Origin: Candidatus Poseidoniales archaeon
GTDB taxonomy: Archaea > Thermoplasmatota > Poseidoniia > Poseidoniales > Poseidoniaceae
Length of the DNA stretch: 64,000 bases
Direction: 5' to 3'
Assembly (NCBI GenBank): GCA_003602415.1
Contig: QQSK01000005.1
Span: forward strand, 31,772 to 95,771
Shown here: one piece after another, positions 1 to 8,280 of the stretch
Position numbering within the stretch: the first letter of the stretch is position 1
How the letters are laid out: every line of letters starts with the position of its first letter
Program-made: the position numbers and the translations under genes
The notes under the pieces: generated by a model
Seen by the model: the letters and a program-made list of their open reading frames with translations, nothing else
Told to the model about the DNA's origin: nothing
Databases searched by the model: none

Positions 1-232
1 CATCCGCTACAACCGTAGGATTGGTTGGAACAAATCCCGTTGGAGCTGCCGCTCCTACCACCGTTACTTTGCCTGTAAGTTCGAGATTAGTTGTGGGGCT
101 CTTGCACATTTTTACCAGAGAAAGTGCGCTTTGGTAATCCGATTCTAAAGACCAACCAAAATATTCACGAATCTCATCTTGAATGAGAATCGAATCTTGG
201 TTTGTTGCCTGCATCACGCTTCCTAATCCCAT
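1..232 (-). CDS. hypothetical protein, N-terminal part only (gene runs off the left edge)
   Basis: Hand translation of the minus strand from ATG 232 (alternative ATG 214) is open to the window edge (MGLGSVMQATNQDSILIQDEIREYFGWSLE...). It is absent from the supplied track and divergent from priL. No recognisable motif. Confidence 0.3.
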   Translation of the reverse strand, partial: MGLGSVMQATNQDSILIQDEIREYFGWSLESDYQSALSLVKMCKSPTTNLELTGKVTVVGAAAPTGFVPTNPTVVAD

Positions 233-243
233 TCCCCAAATGA

Positions 244-1422
244 ATGGGAGGGTTCAAATGTATCTCACTAGAGTTGCGAAATGTGCCTAAACCGTTTAGC
301 ATCCCAGACCTCTCCGATGAGGTCACGCTTGCAAGATATCCTTTCTTGCCTCAAGCAAAACCTTGGATTGCGAATATGGCAGCAAAACATGAGATTGACA
401 TCGATGAGTTGCTTGATGGTACAATGATGGACAGAGCAAGAGTCAGAGCTCGTTCAAGACTTGTGGACTCCGTAGATAGTAAAGATGGAGTTGAAATGGC
501 GTCGATTGGAGACATTCATACAGAAGAAGGGCGTTTACTCGAGGCTTTCTCTTTCTACTATGCTCGCTTAGTAGTGGGTGCAAGTGAAGATGAAAGGCTG
601 ATATCTCGATGGGCACAAGCCGAAGCGGAAAGAGCCCAACACATTTTGGAAAAGGACGATGCCATATCGTTGATTGCTGAAACTTATGTTAGTGAAGTTA
701 GATGCGAGGAAGGGATATGGAAAGTTGGTCTATCAGATTTCATAGAATTGTGTACGGGGATTACTGGTTCGAGATGGAGGCTTCCTAATTGCGACATAAA
801 TGACGGATGGGTGACTTTGCATGATGAGGGAGACAAGTATTCTTCGCGTGGGAAAATGGCCAGGTTATTGCGTGAACGAATGAAAGATGATATCAAAATG
901 GATGCGCTCGAAAAAATGGAAAAAATGGATGAGAGTCTGTTGATTCGACTATCTGAACCGGTAGGAATGATTAGAGGTTTAGTCGCATCAAAAACCGCTG
1001 AAACAATCGCCTTAATCGGTGCTGGAGAAGAAGATTGGCCGCCTTGTATGAGAAAGGCGGTTGCAGAATTAGCCGAAGGCGTTAACGTAAATCACTTTGG
1101 AAGAGTTTTCCTCGGTTCAATGGCGAGGTGTATCGGTTTACCTGCTGAAACAACTGTAGATTTTTTCCGCTCCGCTCCTGATTTTAATGAAGCCACAACG
1201 ACTTATCAGGTAGGTCACCTCTACGAAAGAGAATACACGCCTTCAGGTTGTTCTAAATTGAAAGTGAACCACAATTGCGCGGTCAGAACTGGCGATGACC
1301 GTCTTTGTGATCAATCATGGATGGACCATCCACTCAAGTACATCCGAGCAAAACAACGTAGACGAAAACAACAACAAAGTATCGAAGTCGATGTTAATTT
1401 GCCCAAAACAGGCGATGCTTGA
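244..1422 (+). CDS. priL: DNA primase large subunit (PriL-like)
   Basis: 392-aa ORF. The C-terminal domain has four spaced Cys (PPCMRK, SGCSKL, HNCAV, RLCDQSW) like the Fe-S domain of archaeo-eukaryotic primase large subunits. Confidence 0.75.
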   Translation: MGGFKCISLELRNVPKPFSIPDLSDEVTLARYPFLPQAKPWIANMAAKHEIDIDELLDGTMMDRARVRARSRLVDSVDSKDGVEMASIGDIHTEEGRLLEAFSFYYARLVVGASEDERLISRWAQAEAERAQHILEKDDAISLIAETYVSEVRCEEGIWKVGLSDFIELCTGITGSRWRLPNCDINDGWVTLHDEGDKYSSRGKMARLLRERMKDDIKMDALEKMEKMDESLLIRLSEPVGMIRGLVASKTAETIALIGAGEEDWPPCMRKAVAELAEGVNVNHFGRVFLGSMARCIGLPAETTVDFFRSAPDFNEATTTYQVGHLYEREYTPSGCSKLKVNHNCAVRTGDDRLCDQSWMDHPLKYIRAKQRRRKQQQSIEVDVNLPKTGDA

Positions 1423-1467
1423 TGAACAGGAAGCGCGTCAGCGTTATCGTAGCCGGGGCTGATATCA

Positions 1468-2586
1468 ATGACTAGGACACTTGTATTGACTGTTGACCGA
1501 GATAATGATCTTGGTCTGAAAACGGCAATTCGAGGACCTGTTGTTGGCAGGAAGCAAGTGCTAACCGCTGCATTGAGGTTGGGTATTGCAGACCCTGAGG
1601 AAAGCGACACCAATGCAATTCTTGGAGCACTACATCAGCACGACAATCTTGCTGAGACAAATAGTGAGACCGATGAAGTTGAGATTGCAATCCTTACAGG
1701 CGATGAGAAAGTTGGGGTGCGCTCAGATAGAGCAATCGCTGCACAACTGGAAGAAGTTGTCACGGAATTCCAACCAGACCAAGCAATTTTAGTTACTGAT
1801 GGTGCAGAAGATGAATCCGTTCTTCCAATCATTCAGAGCCAGGTTAGAATTGATCACGTCGAGAAAATTATCGTCAAACAATCAAAGGGCATTGAAGGAA
1901 CCTACTACTACATTGTGAAGGCTCTTGAAGACCCTAAATGGAGAGCGAAAATGTTAGTTCCTCTTGGAGCCATAATGGCTGTGTTTGGATTAGGAGTTAT
2001 GCTGCCTGATACACTAGGAGGGATCGTTATCGGTTCCCTTCCTCTAATTTTTGGACTATTCATTCTGTCCAAAGGGCTTGGAATCGAAGCGACCGTTGGG
2101 CGAATCGCCCAAGAAATGCGAGAAAATGCAGATGCTGCTATGTTCTCATCTTTATTGTGGACTACAACCGTGTTTAGCGCAATCTTCGCCGTTGCAACAG
2201 GGTATGACATGTATATCGAATTAGAAGCTACATCGAATTATTCTGTTGTTTGGATTGGAGTTGTACATTCAGCATTAGCATGGATTGTCATCGCTTTCCT
2301 GACATCTACGGCTGGATTTATGCTGTTAAGATTGCAAAAGGGTTCCTTCTCTGGAAGACTAATCGTCCTTGCAGTATTCGGAATGGTCGTTTATTCATTC
2401 CTTGACCAAGGGTTGCAAATCGCTATGGATGTTCTAACAGGTGCAGGTTATGAATTCTCAGTTCAGGGCATTTGGGATGTAATGCTTGAGCCGCTAATGT
2501 GGATAGCTGTTCTTTGGGTTACAACCACAATCGTTCGTGCTGTACAAGCAAGACAAGCCCAGGCCGAGCGCTATTGGGGCATCTGA
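1468..2586 (+). CDS. DUF373-family archaeal integral membrane protein
   Basis: The N-terminal soluble domain begins TLVLTVDRDNDLGLK and is followed by about 6 hydrophobic helices. This architecture is typical of archaeal DUF373. Confidence 0.65.
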   Translation: MTRTLVLTVDRDNDLGLKTAIRGPVVGRKQVLTAALRLGIADPEESDTNAILGALHQHDNLAETNSETDEVEIAILTGDEKVGVRSDRAIAAQLEEVVTEFQPDQAILVTDGAEDESVLPIIQSQVRIDHVEKIIVKQSKGIEGTYYYIVKALEDPKWRAKMLVPLGAIMAVFGLGVMLPDTLGGIVIGSLPLIFGLFILSKGLGIEATVGRIAQEMRENADAAMFSSLLWTTTVFSAIFAVATGYDMYIELEATSNYSVVWIGVVHSALAWIVIAFLTSTAGFMLLRLQKGSFSGRLIVLAVFGMVVYSFLDQGLQIAMDVLTGAGYEFSVQGIWDVMLEPLMWIAVLWVTTTIVRAVQARQAQAERYWGI

Positions 2587-2600
2587 TTTCAAGCGTCGTA

Positions 2601-2610
2601 TTGATATAAG
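2601..2610 (+). promoter_or_regulatory. TATA-box-like element (TTGATATAAG) about 25 nt upstream of the ATG at 2631
   Basis: An A/T-rich box centred about 25 nt before the start codon, with no Shine-Dalgarno sequence. The spacing fits an archaeal leaderless transcript. Confidence 0.35.
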
Positions 2611-2630
2611 TGTAACAAACACAAGATAAC

Positions 2631-3521
2631 ATGAGTAAAGAGCGTCGTGCTTGGCCATTGGGAATTACAGTAGTCTCTGAGCAATTCAACTCCCTAGAAG
2701 ATGAGTTGTTTGATGCATTAACTGGCCGAGGGTTTGTTTCTACAGATATCATAAATGATTTTCTTAGACATAAGTTCCAAAAGGAAAATGTTGTTGTTGA
2801 GCGCAGATCGTTTATGAGATATTTGAGCGTAGATTCTCGTTTTGTTTTCGACGGGCCTATGCGCTCACGAACTGTGAAAGCTGCAGATTTAGAAAAACTA
2901 GAACGAACATCGGGATGGTTGGAAATATCAGATCATATAATCAATTACATGCTTAGTTTGACTGTGAAAGAAGGAGTTGGAGTTACAACAAATAAAGAAG
3001 ACATATGTCAATACTTCCAAGATATGAGAGGAGATAGATTTCTTCACCACAGTGAATTTGCTCTAGATTATGCGATTACACAATTAATGTGGGGAAGAAG
3101 AATAATGGCCGTAGAGATTCCTGAAGCGAGTCAATGGCTCGAAGAAAAAGAGTTGGATTTGGAAGACTTTGTTGGATTGGAATTTGGATGGGCGCAGGGA
3201 GCATTTGTTGGCTACTCTGGTAATGGGAAAAAATCGGGAGGATTGCACTTGTCTACGAGAAGTTGGGAGACGGCAAAGGAAATTAGCAAAGAATTGAATG
3301 CCATACACAAACATGTGCTATGGGATAATCCGCAAACAACCTGGGGAATTAGAGACGGAGACAAAACTGAGATGGAAGTTTTGAAGGTGTTTGAAGAAAA
3401 AACACAAAATCCAATATTGGCGCTCGCATTGTGGAAAGGTGATTTGACCGCATCTGATGTAGTAGATACTGCGATAGAAGTGCTACGTTCGCAATACTCA
3501 TTAGAAATATTTGGGCTCTAA
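2631..3521 (+). CDS. hypothetical protein
   Basis: 296-aa ORF with protein-like composition. I recognise no motif. Confidence 0.55.
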   Translation: MSKERRAWPLGITVVSEQFNSLEDELFDALTGRGFVSTDIINDFLRHKFQKENVVVERRSFMRYLSVDSRFVFDGPMRSRTVKAADLEKLERTSGWLEISDHIINYMLSLTVKEGVGVTTNKEDICQYFQDMRGDRFLHHSEFALDYAITQLMWGRRIMAVEIPEASQWLEEKELDLEDFVGLEFGWAQGAFVGYSGNGKKSGGLHLSTRSWETAKEISKELNAIHKHVLWDNPQTTWGIRDGDKTEMEVLKVFEEKTQNPILALALWKGDLTASDVVDTAIEVLRSQYSLEIFGL

Positions 3522-3628
3522 GGGTAAGAATACTCTGACGTCTGTTAAATCGATTTAATCCGCTGTTTTTGGTTTTTATTACACTTGTAACAAACCAAGC
3601 GTTCTAATAAGAGTGGTCTGTCGCAGCC

Positions 3629-4468
3629 GTGAGAACGATGACTCAAGATGAGAATTGGCATGGAAGGTGCTTAGGAAACTGTGGAAAGGTAGAGCTTAAC
3701 CAGAAGCCGAAGAAAGGCCTATGTCCCAACTGCGGGAACTATTGCGCTCCTGCTGTGGTCGCTTCAAAATCACAGGCTAGAGAGTTAGCGCGCAAATCTT
3801 GGAAGGCTGTTCCGTGTACCATCGCTGTCGAAGCGATCCAAAAGTTGGACCTAGTAGTCGCAGCACCTACGTCAGAACTGCTCGCTGACCTTAAGAAAAT
3901 CACGCGCCCGCGAAATGATGTCGCAACAGCTGGGCATCTTATCGCACATCGTCACATCCTCGGACGCTCTGGGTTCTCGAATGGAGACTTCAAATCAAGA
4001 TCTCGATTAAGGCTCGCTCTTCGAAGAGGTCCGTCATCTCCCTTCTTTCCACGCCCTTCACTGCAGACCTCGCCCGAAGTAATGGGTAAGCTGATTGAGG
4101 CTGAACTTCAGTTACGTGCTGCCAGGCGTTGCTTGAAGATGCTCTCGCTTGATTCGCAGCGTTTGGTCTTCCAGCACCCTGTTCTAGGGGTTAATGTTAA
4201 CGTGGAGATCGACGGCCAGTCAGATGATCTCCCTGTCGAGTTGAAAACAGTGGTAACGCTTGACAAAGTTCCATGCAAAATTTTTGGTATTATGATGCAG
4301 TTAGCAGGCCAAGCCATCGCTAAAGGAGTAGATTCCGGCATCTTGATAATCGCTGAAAGAGATGGCGAACGATTGACTGCTTTGTGCGTTTCAGGACTTA
4401 CCGAATTCCATCTAAAAAACATCCAAAGATGGGTTTCTGAGGCTTCACAGGAAGGTGCTTTAGCATGA
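3629..4468 (+). CDS. hypothetical protein with N-terminal Zn-ribbon and C-terminal PD-(D/E)XK-like nuclease motif
   Basis: N-terminus CLGNCG...CPNCGNYC (four Cys). C-terminus ...VNVEIDGQSDDLPVELKTVV... (D...ExK) followed by MQLAGQAIA. The start is GTG 3629 or ATG 3638. The gene is visibly GC-richer than its neighbours. Confidence 0.5.
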   Translation: MRTMTQDENWHGRCLGNCGKVELNQKPKKGLCPNCGNYCAPAVVASKSQARELARKSWKAVPCTIAVEAIQKLDLVVAAPTSELLADLKKITRPRNDVATAGHLIAHRHILGRSGFSNGDFKSRSRLRLALRRGPSSPFFPRPSLQTSPEVMGKLIEAELQLRAARRCLKMLSLDSQRLVFQHPVLGVNVNVEIDGQSDDLPVELKTVVTLDKVPCKIFGIMMQLAGQAIAKGVDSGILIIAERDGERLTALCVSGLTEFHLKNIQRWVSEASQEGALA

Positions 4469-4531
4469 ATTCTGCCTTTGCATTACTACTCGATTCTATT
4501 GAACAAAAGGACAAGCGAGGAGGTGATAGAT

Positions 4532-4666
4532 ATGTCGAAAATTTGTACTTCTAACGAGAAAACATGCCCCAAGTGTGGTGGTTCTGGTAAGCGTGGACGA
4601 GGTCATTGTCACCGATGCGGCGGCCATGGAACTGTCAAGTCGACAAACTGTACATGTGGTTGCTGA
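4532..4666 (+). CDS. small Cys-rich zinc-finger protein (two DnaJ-type CxxCxGxG motifs)
   Basis: MSKICTSNEKTCPKCGGSGKRGRGHCHRCGGHGTVKSTNCTCGC. GAGGAGGTGA lies 5-14 nt upstream of ATG 4532. This is the internal start of track ORF 4478..4666. Confidence 0.5.
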   Translation: MSKICTSNEKTCPKCGGSGKRGRGHCHRCGGHGTVKSTNCTCGC

Positions 4667-4739
4667 GCAAAATGTTCGGTGAACATGTAATGGCTATTGC
4701 CAACATCTCTCGTAGCAACGAGTGTTTCTGGCATTCGCT

Positions 4740-4779
4740 GGACTTCGGACCAGCGGATGCCTCCTTTTGTGGCCTGAAC
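4740..4779 (+). terminator. 14-bp hairpin capped by cUUCGg followed by a U-tract
   Basis: GGCAUUCGCUGGAC-UUCG-GACCAGCGGAUGCC pairs at 13 of 14 positions. One pair is a U-G wobble that exists only on the plus strand. UCCUUUUGU follows. The hairpin lies downstream of the 4532..4666 mini-gene. Confidence 0.4.
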
Positions 4780-4831
4780 ACACGCTTTGCAGATGCGTTA
4801 TTCTGTAACAACAAAACGGAGGTGAAAATGA

Positions 4832-4930
4832 ATGGACTGTAACTGCGGAGGACGATTTTACTACGACGAAGGCGCTTCTTGCTACGTTTGTGAAAACTGT
4901 GGCAGAGACCCAAGTGGAGAAACCGTTTGA
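4832..4930 (+). CDS. 32-aa zinc-ribbon mini-protein (below the track size cutoff)
   Basis: Hand translation gives MDCNCGGRFYYDEGASCYVCENCGRDPSGETV*. GGAGGTGA lies 7-14 nt upstream of the ATG. Confidence 0.35.
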   Translation: MDCNCGGRFYYDEGASCYVCENCGRDPSGETV

Positions 4931-5052
4931 ACATAATATTCGAAGCCAGGAGTGAAAGTCAAAGGACATGTGGATTTCGATTTCACGGTAGCGCCGTGAA
5001 CCTTTCGAAGTATCGAAAGAGGATAAGAAGCATGGATTTTGATGGATGCTCA

Positions 5053-5139
5053 GCCTCTAGAGGGGCGATATCGCTATCCCTTGTGTAATAGGGATTAGAA
5101 ACCAAACTGCAAGATACGAGTTTGGTTCCCTCTAGAGGC
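5053..5139. ncRNA. candidate structured RNA or DNA element: 12-bp closing helix around three hairpins
   Basis: GCCTCTAGAGGG (5053-5064) is perfectly complementary to CCCTCTAGAGGC (5128-5139). The helix encloses GCG-ATAT-CGC, ATCCCT-8nt-AGGGAT (5076-5095) and AACCAAAC-12nt-GTTTGGTT (5100-5127). All pairs are Watson-Crick, so the strand is undetermined. Confidence 0.3.
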
Positions 5140-5154
5140 GGCACTACTATTCGT

Positions 5155-5700
5155 TCACGAATTAAATACCGCTTCATGCATGCACTGAGGGCATGTAACT
5201 TTGATTGGTCTAACATCAGGAATACCTAACGGTGAAGAACAAGCAGGACAAATTATTGCTTGACGAACCTTAGATTGATTAGAGATTCCTTGAGAAGAAG
5301 GGTCGTATTTCAATCGATATTGATCTGGATTATCGATATATTGAGGAGCGGCGTTCATAGGTTGGGCAGGTCCCAAATCAACTAACTCTTTTTGCGCTAC
5401 CGGGGTAAACGCTTGTTCGATGTTTTCGGTTGCAGGAGGGGCTGCAGCAGCAGTTTTGAAAGCGGCTAATTGAGATTCTATTTCAGCTAGGCCAATTCCA
5501 TGAGTTCGACTAACCGTATCCATCTCGAGCATTTGGTCGTAACCAGAAAGGCTTGCAAGGCGGGTGAGAACCTCTGTAGGTAGCGCCATAGAATGTCTGG
5601 AAGCATCATCCCCATTGAAGGTTCGTTTTCGATGCTTCCTCAAGGGCAGTCCCGCTACTATTCGGGGATTTTCTTCATCTCTAAGCCCTCTTTGAGTCAA
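5155..5700 (-). CDS. hypothetical protein with C-terminal zinc ribbon
   Basis: The C-terminus ICPACSS...VTCPQCMHEA carries two CxxC pairs. The start is TTG 5700 or ATG 5589. Confidence 0.55.
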   Translation of the reverse strand: MTQRGLRDEENPRIVAGLPLRKHRKRTFNGDDASRHSMALPTEVLTRLASLSGYDQMLEMDTVSRTHGIGLAEIESQLAAFKTAAAAPPATENIEQAFTPVAQKELVDLGPAQPMNAAPQYIDNPDQYRLKYDPSSQGISNQSKVRQAIICPACSSPLGIPDVRPIKVTCPQCMHEAVFNS

Positions 5701-5812
5701 TATACTTCCAGATTCAGGGGTTTTATTTCCGAAATAAAGTAAAATTTAGCACTCTGAGAATTGATGCCTTCAAATAGGTAGAGCAGTCGGCGGGCGAATA
5801 AGGAGGATAGAT

Positions 5813-6271
5813 ATGCCACAAAGTCGACCAAGAAATTCTGACAGGAACAGTAAGTCAAGAGCGATTCGTTCATTGACTTGTGGAAGAGTGATGAATGCGC
5901 CCAATGTTATTGGAAGAGATGCATCTGTTGCAGATGCGTTGGATAAAATTACCAATATGGATTGGGATCATTTGTTTATTGTAAATTCGGAGAGAGTTCC
6001 TATTGGAAGAATTCATGCGGTAGATATCCTAAAACTAATTGCCAGAAAAACCGTGAATAGAGATATTGCTTGGATGCACGCAATACCTGCTAAACAACTG
6101 GTAACTCAAGAAACTATCACAATGAGAGAAAATACTCCTTTGTTGAAGGCGGCTGCTTTGATGCTCACCCATGATCTCAATCAATTGGCTGTAACTAATC
6201 AAGATGGGCAAATCGTTGGTTGTGTTTCTCACAGCGTAGTTGCGCGACACTTGCCGAGATTCATACTGTGA
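5813..6271 (+). CDS. CBS-domain pair protein
   Basis: Two CBS-like units (VMNAPNVIGRDASVADALDKI...IGRIHAVDILK and ITMRENTPLLKAAALMLTHDLNQLAVTNQDGQIVGCVS). AAGGAGGA lies upstream of the ATG. Confidence 0.8.
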   Translation: MPQSRPRNSDRNSKSRAIRSLTCGRVMNAPNVIGRDASVADALDKITNMDWDHLFIVNSERVPIGRIHAVDILKLIARKTVNRDIAWMHAIPAKQLVTQETITMRENTPLLKAAALMLTHDLNQLAVTNQDGQIVGCVSHSVVARHLPRFIL

Positions 6272-6306
6272 GCAAGTTTCAACAATAGAGAGTCGGTGCG
6301 AGAGAT

Positions 6307-7101
6307 ATGTCCTCATCTCCTAGGCTGTGGCCTAATCCTCCGGGCAACTCTCCTCTCCCTTTACCTCCAAGCGCTATGTTTTTTTCTAATTCCGAATTGT
6401 GTGATTTGCAATTTCCACCAATGCCCTCTACAGAAAATTTGGATTTGGGGGGTTTGAAAGATTACATTGGCTCATTTACACTAGAAAATGGCAACACTGT
6501 TTCTCAGACCATTGATTTGACAAATCGAAGGCCGTTGTTGATTGTTGGCGAATTGGCCAATCCCTACCGATTGAGCGATATTATGGCTCCCGATATGCCA
6601 ATCATTCCAGTTAGATTGGAGAACATCTGCAGAACTTGGGCAGATAATCTAGACCCTCGTGATATTCAGCCTGGAATTCATCATGTCACTTTAGTTAGAT
6701 CTCCTGGTTGGTGGGAAAGAAGTTTCATTACTCTACTAGAGCTTCCAGATATGAAGAAACTCGTTCACTGGTTGGATGGGAATAATTCTAACACTTGGGC
6801 GCCAAAAAGACTTGCTGAAGGCACTATTCGCCTGGAAGATGACATGTCCGTTATGCCACCAAACTTAGACGACATATCTTGGGATGGAATTACTGAAAAG
6901 GTCGAAGTCGAAATGCCTCCACCAAACGGACCTTCGTTGGATTTATCCACAATCATGGTTCCAATCAATACTCGTTCTGGTTGCTATAATAGCCGTGGAA
7001 GAGTTAATCGATGCCATCATTACCCTCAAACTGAATTTCACGACAAAATGTTCCGCAGAGGGTCGTCGTTCAAGTGGTCTGAAATGCTAAATTACCTTTA
7101 G
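6307..7101 (+). CDS. hypothetical protein
   Basis: 264-aa ORF with no recognised motif. The true start is uncertain. Confidence 0.5.
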   Translation: MSSSPRLWPNPPGNSPLPLPPSAMFFSNSELCDLQFPPMPSTENLDLGGLKDYIGSFTLENGNTVSQTIDLTNRRPLLIVGELANPYRLSDIMAPDMPIIPVRLENICRTWADNLDPRDIQPGIHHVTLVRSPGWWERSFITLLELPDMKKLVHWLDGNNSNTWAPKRLAEGTIRLEDDMSVMPPNLDDISWDGITEKVEVEMPPPNGPSLDLSTIMVPINTRSGCYNSRGRVNRCHHYPQTEFHDKMFRRGSSFKWSEMLNYL

Positions 7102-7182
7102 ATTCCTAATTTAGGCCTCTAAAATACAGAAATCCGGAGTGTGATTTAATAATTGCACGAAGATGGAAAATCAGGGAATGAT

Positions 7183-7887
7183 ATGAGATTAGTTACCTCA
7201 ATTCTTTGTATAGCAATAATGTCGACAGCGCTTTCCGGTTGTATCTGGGACGAAGATGGGCCTCCAATTCTGTTTTCAGAATGCCCATCCTCTTGGCATG
7301 TTGAGTTTTTTGATTTGAGTAATAACGACTTCAATTCATGGGGTGGCGTTGTTGAATTTACTGATTCGGATGGAAATACAGAAGTTTTGGAGAGTTTCTC
7401 CAGTAACAAAAAGTATGTCACATTAGATGATTCGCTCACATGGAGTTTGAAGTATACATTCTTTGAGGGCGATATTGGATTCATTGTAGGAGACACCGTA
7501 TATGGTGGCGATAACAGAGATGGAGAGTCCGGTACCATTGAATTGGATTTAGTAAGAAAGTTTGCTGATGATACCGATAATGAAGAGCCTATTTCGTTCA
7601 ACCGTTGCTCTAATAATTGGCATATCAAATTCGTAGATCAGAGCAACGACGACTTCGGTTCATGGGAAGGCGAAGTAGTATTCTATGAAGCTGATAACGA
7701 CGAAGAAACCTATTCGTTCGAGGATTTCTCTAGTGAAATGAAATACGTTACTCTGGAAGACTCTAAGGTTTGGAAAATGAGATACACATTCTATGAAAGC
7801 GATATTGGATTCGTTTACAATGGTAAGTCATATGGTTTAGATAACGAATATGGAGACTCCGGAGAGATTACAATCGACCTTAGATAG
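7183..7887 (+). CDS. putative lipoprotein with two tandem ~90-aa repeat domains
   Basis: MRLVTSILCIAIMSTALSGC is a signal peptide with a lipobox-like LSGC. It is followed by two homologous modules, CPSSWHVEFFDLSNNDFNSWGG... and CSNNWHIKFVDQSNDDFGSWEG.... Confidence 0.7.
   Translation: MRLVTSILCIAIMSTALSGCIWDEDGPPILFSECPSSWHVEFFDLSNNDFNSWGGVVEFTDSDGNTEVLESFSSNKKYVTLDDSLTWSLKYTFFEGDIGFIVGDTVYGGDNRDGESGTIELDLVRKFADDTDNEEPISFNRCSNNWHIKFVDQSNDDFGSWEGEVVFYEADNDEETYSFEDFSSEMKYVTLEDSKVWKMRYTFYESDIGFVYNGKSYGLDNEYGDSGEITIDLR
7282..7881 (+). repeat. intragenic tandem duplication (two ~270-nt domain-coding units)
   Basis: Unit 1 starts at Cys codon 7282 and unit 2 at Cys codon 7606. The aligned peptides share W-H, F-D-S-N-DF-SW-G-V-F, KYVTL-DS-W-YTF-E-DIGF and YG-DN-GSG-I-DL. 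Confidence 0.8.
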
Positions 7888-7957
7888 TAATAAAAAATGT
7901 AAATGGGCTAAATTTGATTTTTTCAAGTGTTCTGATGTTAGGGGCCCGGGGCTTTCC

Positions 7958-7982
7958 CTCTAGAAATAGAAATACTCTAGAG
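7958..7982. promoter_or_regulatory. paired CTCTAGA(G) palindromic boxes upstream of the small wHTH-like gene
   Basis: CTCTAGA (7958-7964) and CTCTAGAG (7975-7982) flank the A/T-rich AATAGAAATA. They end 15 nt before ATG 7997. Confidence 0.3.
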
Positions 7983-7996
7983 AACAATATACTAAC

Positions 7997-8245
7997 ATGA
8001 ATGGAAAAGGTTCGCAAAAAAGCGCTAGACTGGAACGCCTTAAGTCTGAGATAGTAGAATATATCTCAATCAACCCTGGTTGTTCAGCTGCAGATATCGT
8101 AGATCATCTATCTAACACACGAAGAATGAGAAACCATGGTCTTACTTCACGTAAAGTAGGATTCTTTATTCCAAGATATCTGAAAAACAACGTAATGTTC
8201 ACGCTTGACCGTTCAACTGGCAAGAGAATCTACAGTGTTGCATGA
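7997..8245 (+). CDS. small putative winged-helix DNA-binding protein
   Basis: 82-aa basic protein. The segment EIVEYISINPGCSAADIVDHLSN resembles an HTH. Confidence 0.5.
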   Translation: MNGKGSQKSARLERLKSEIVEYISINPGCSAADIVDHLSNTRRMRNHGLTSRKVGFFIPRYLKNNVMFTLDRSTGKRIYSVA

Positions 8246-8280
8246 AAAGGTCAAATTGATGCAGTTAGTGCGATGACTTG

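Noticed and set aside
2611-3595. Shared 10-mer TGTAACAAAC just downstream of TATA-like boxes upstream of both 2631 and 3629 (2611-2620 and 3586-3595)
   Set aside because: Repeated 10-mers are expected by chance many times in 64 kb. The distance to the start codon also differs (11 versus 34-43 nt).
5053-5139. tRNA (cloverleaf-like outline, 87 nt)
   Set aside because: The closing helix is 12 bp rather than 7. There is no GG in the first loop. The middle hairpin has an 8-nt loop. The third arm is 8-9 bp with a 10-12-nt loop and has no GTTC(R)A T-loop. Neither strand fits, even allowing for an intron.
4606-5216. Track ORFs 4606..4842 (plus), 4635..4934 (minus), 4694..4969 (minus) and 4983..5216 (minus)
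   Set aside because: They are mutually overlapping, have no ribosome-binding site or motif support, and are spanned by strong hairpins. The composition is not protein-like.
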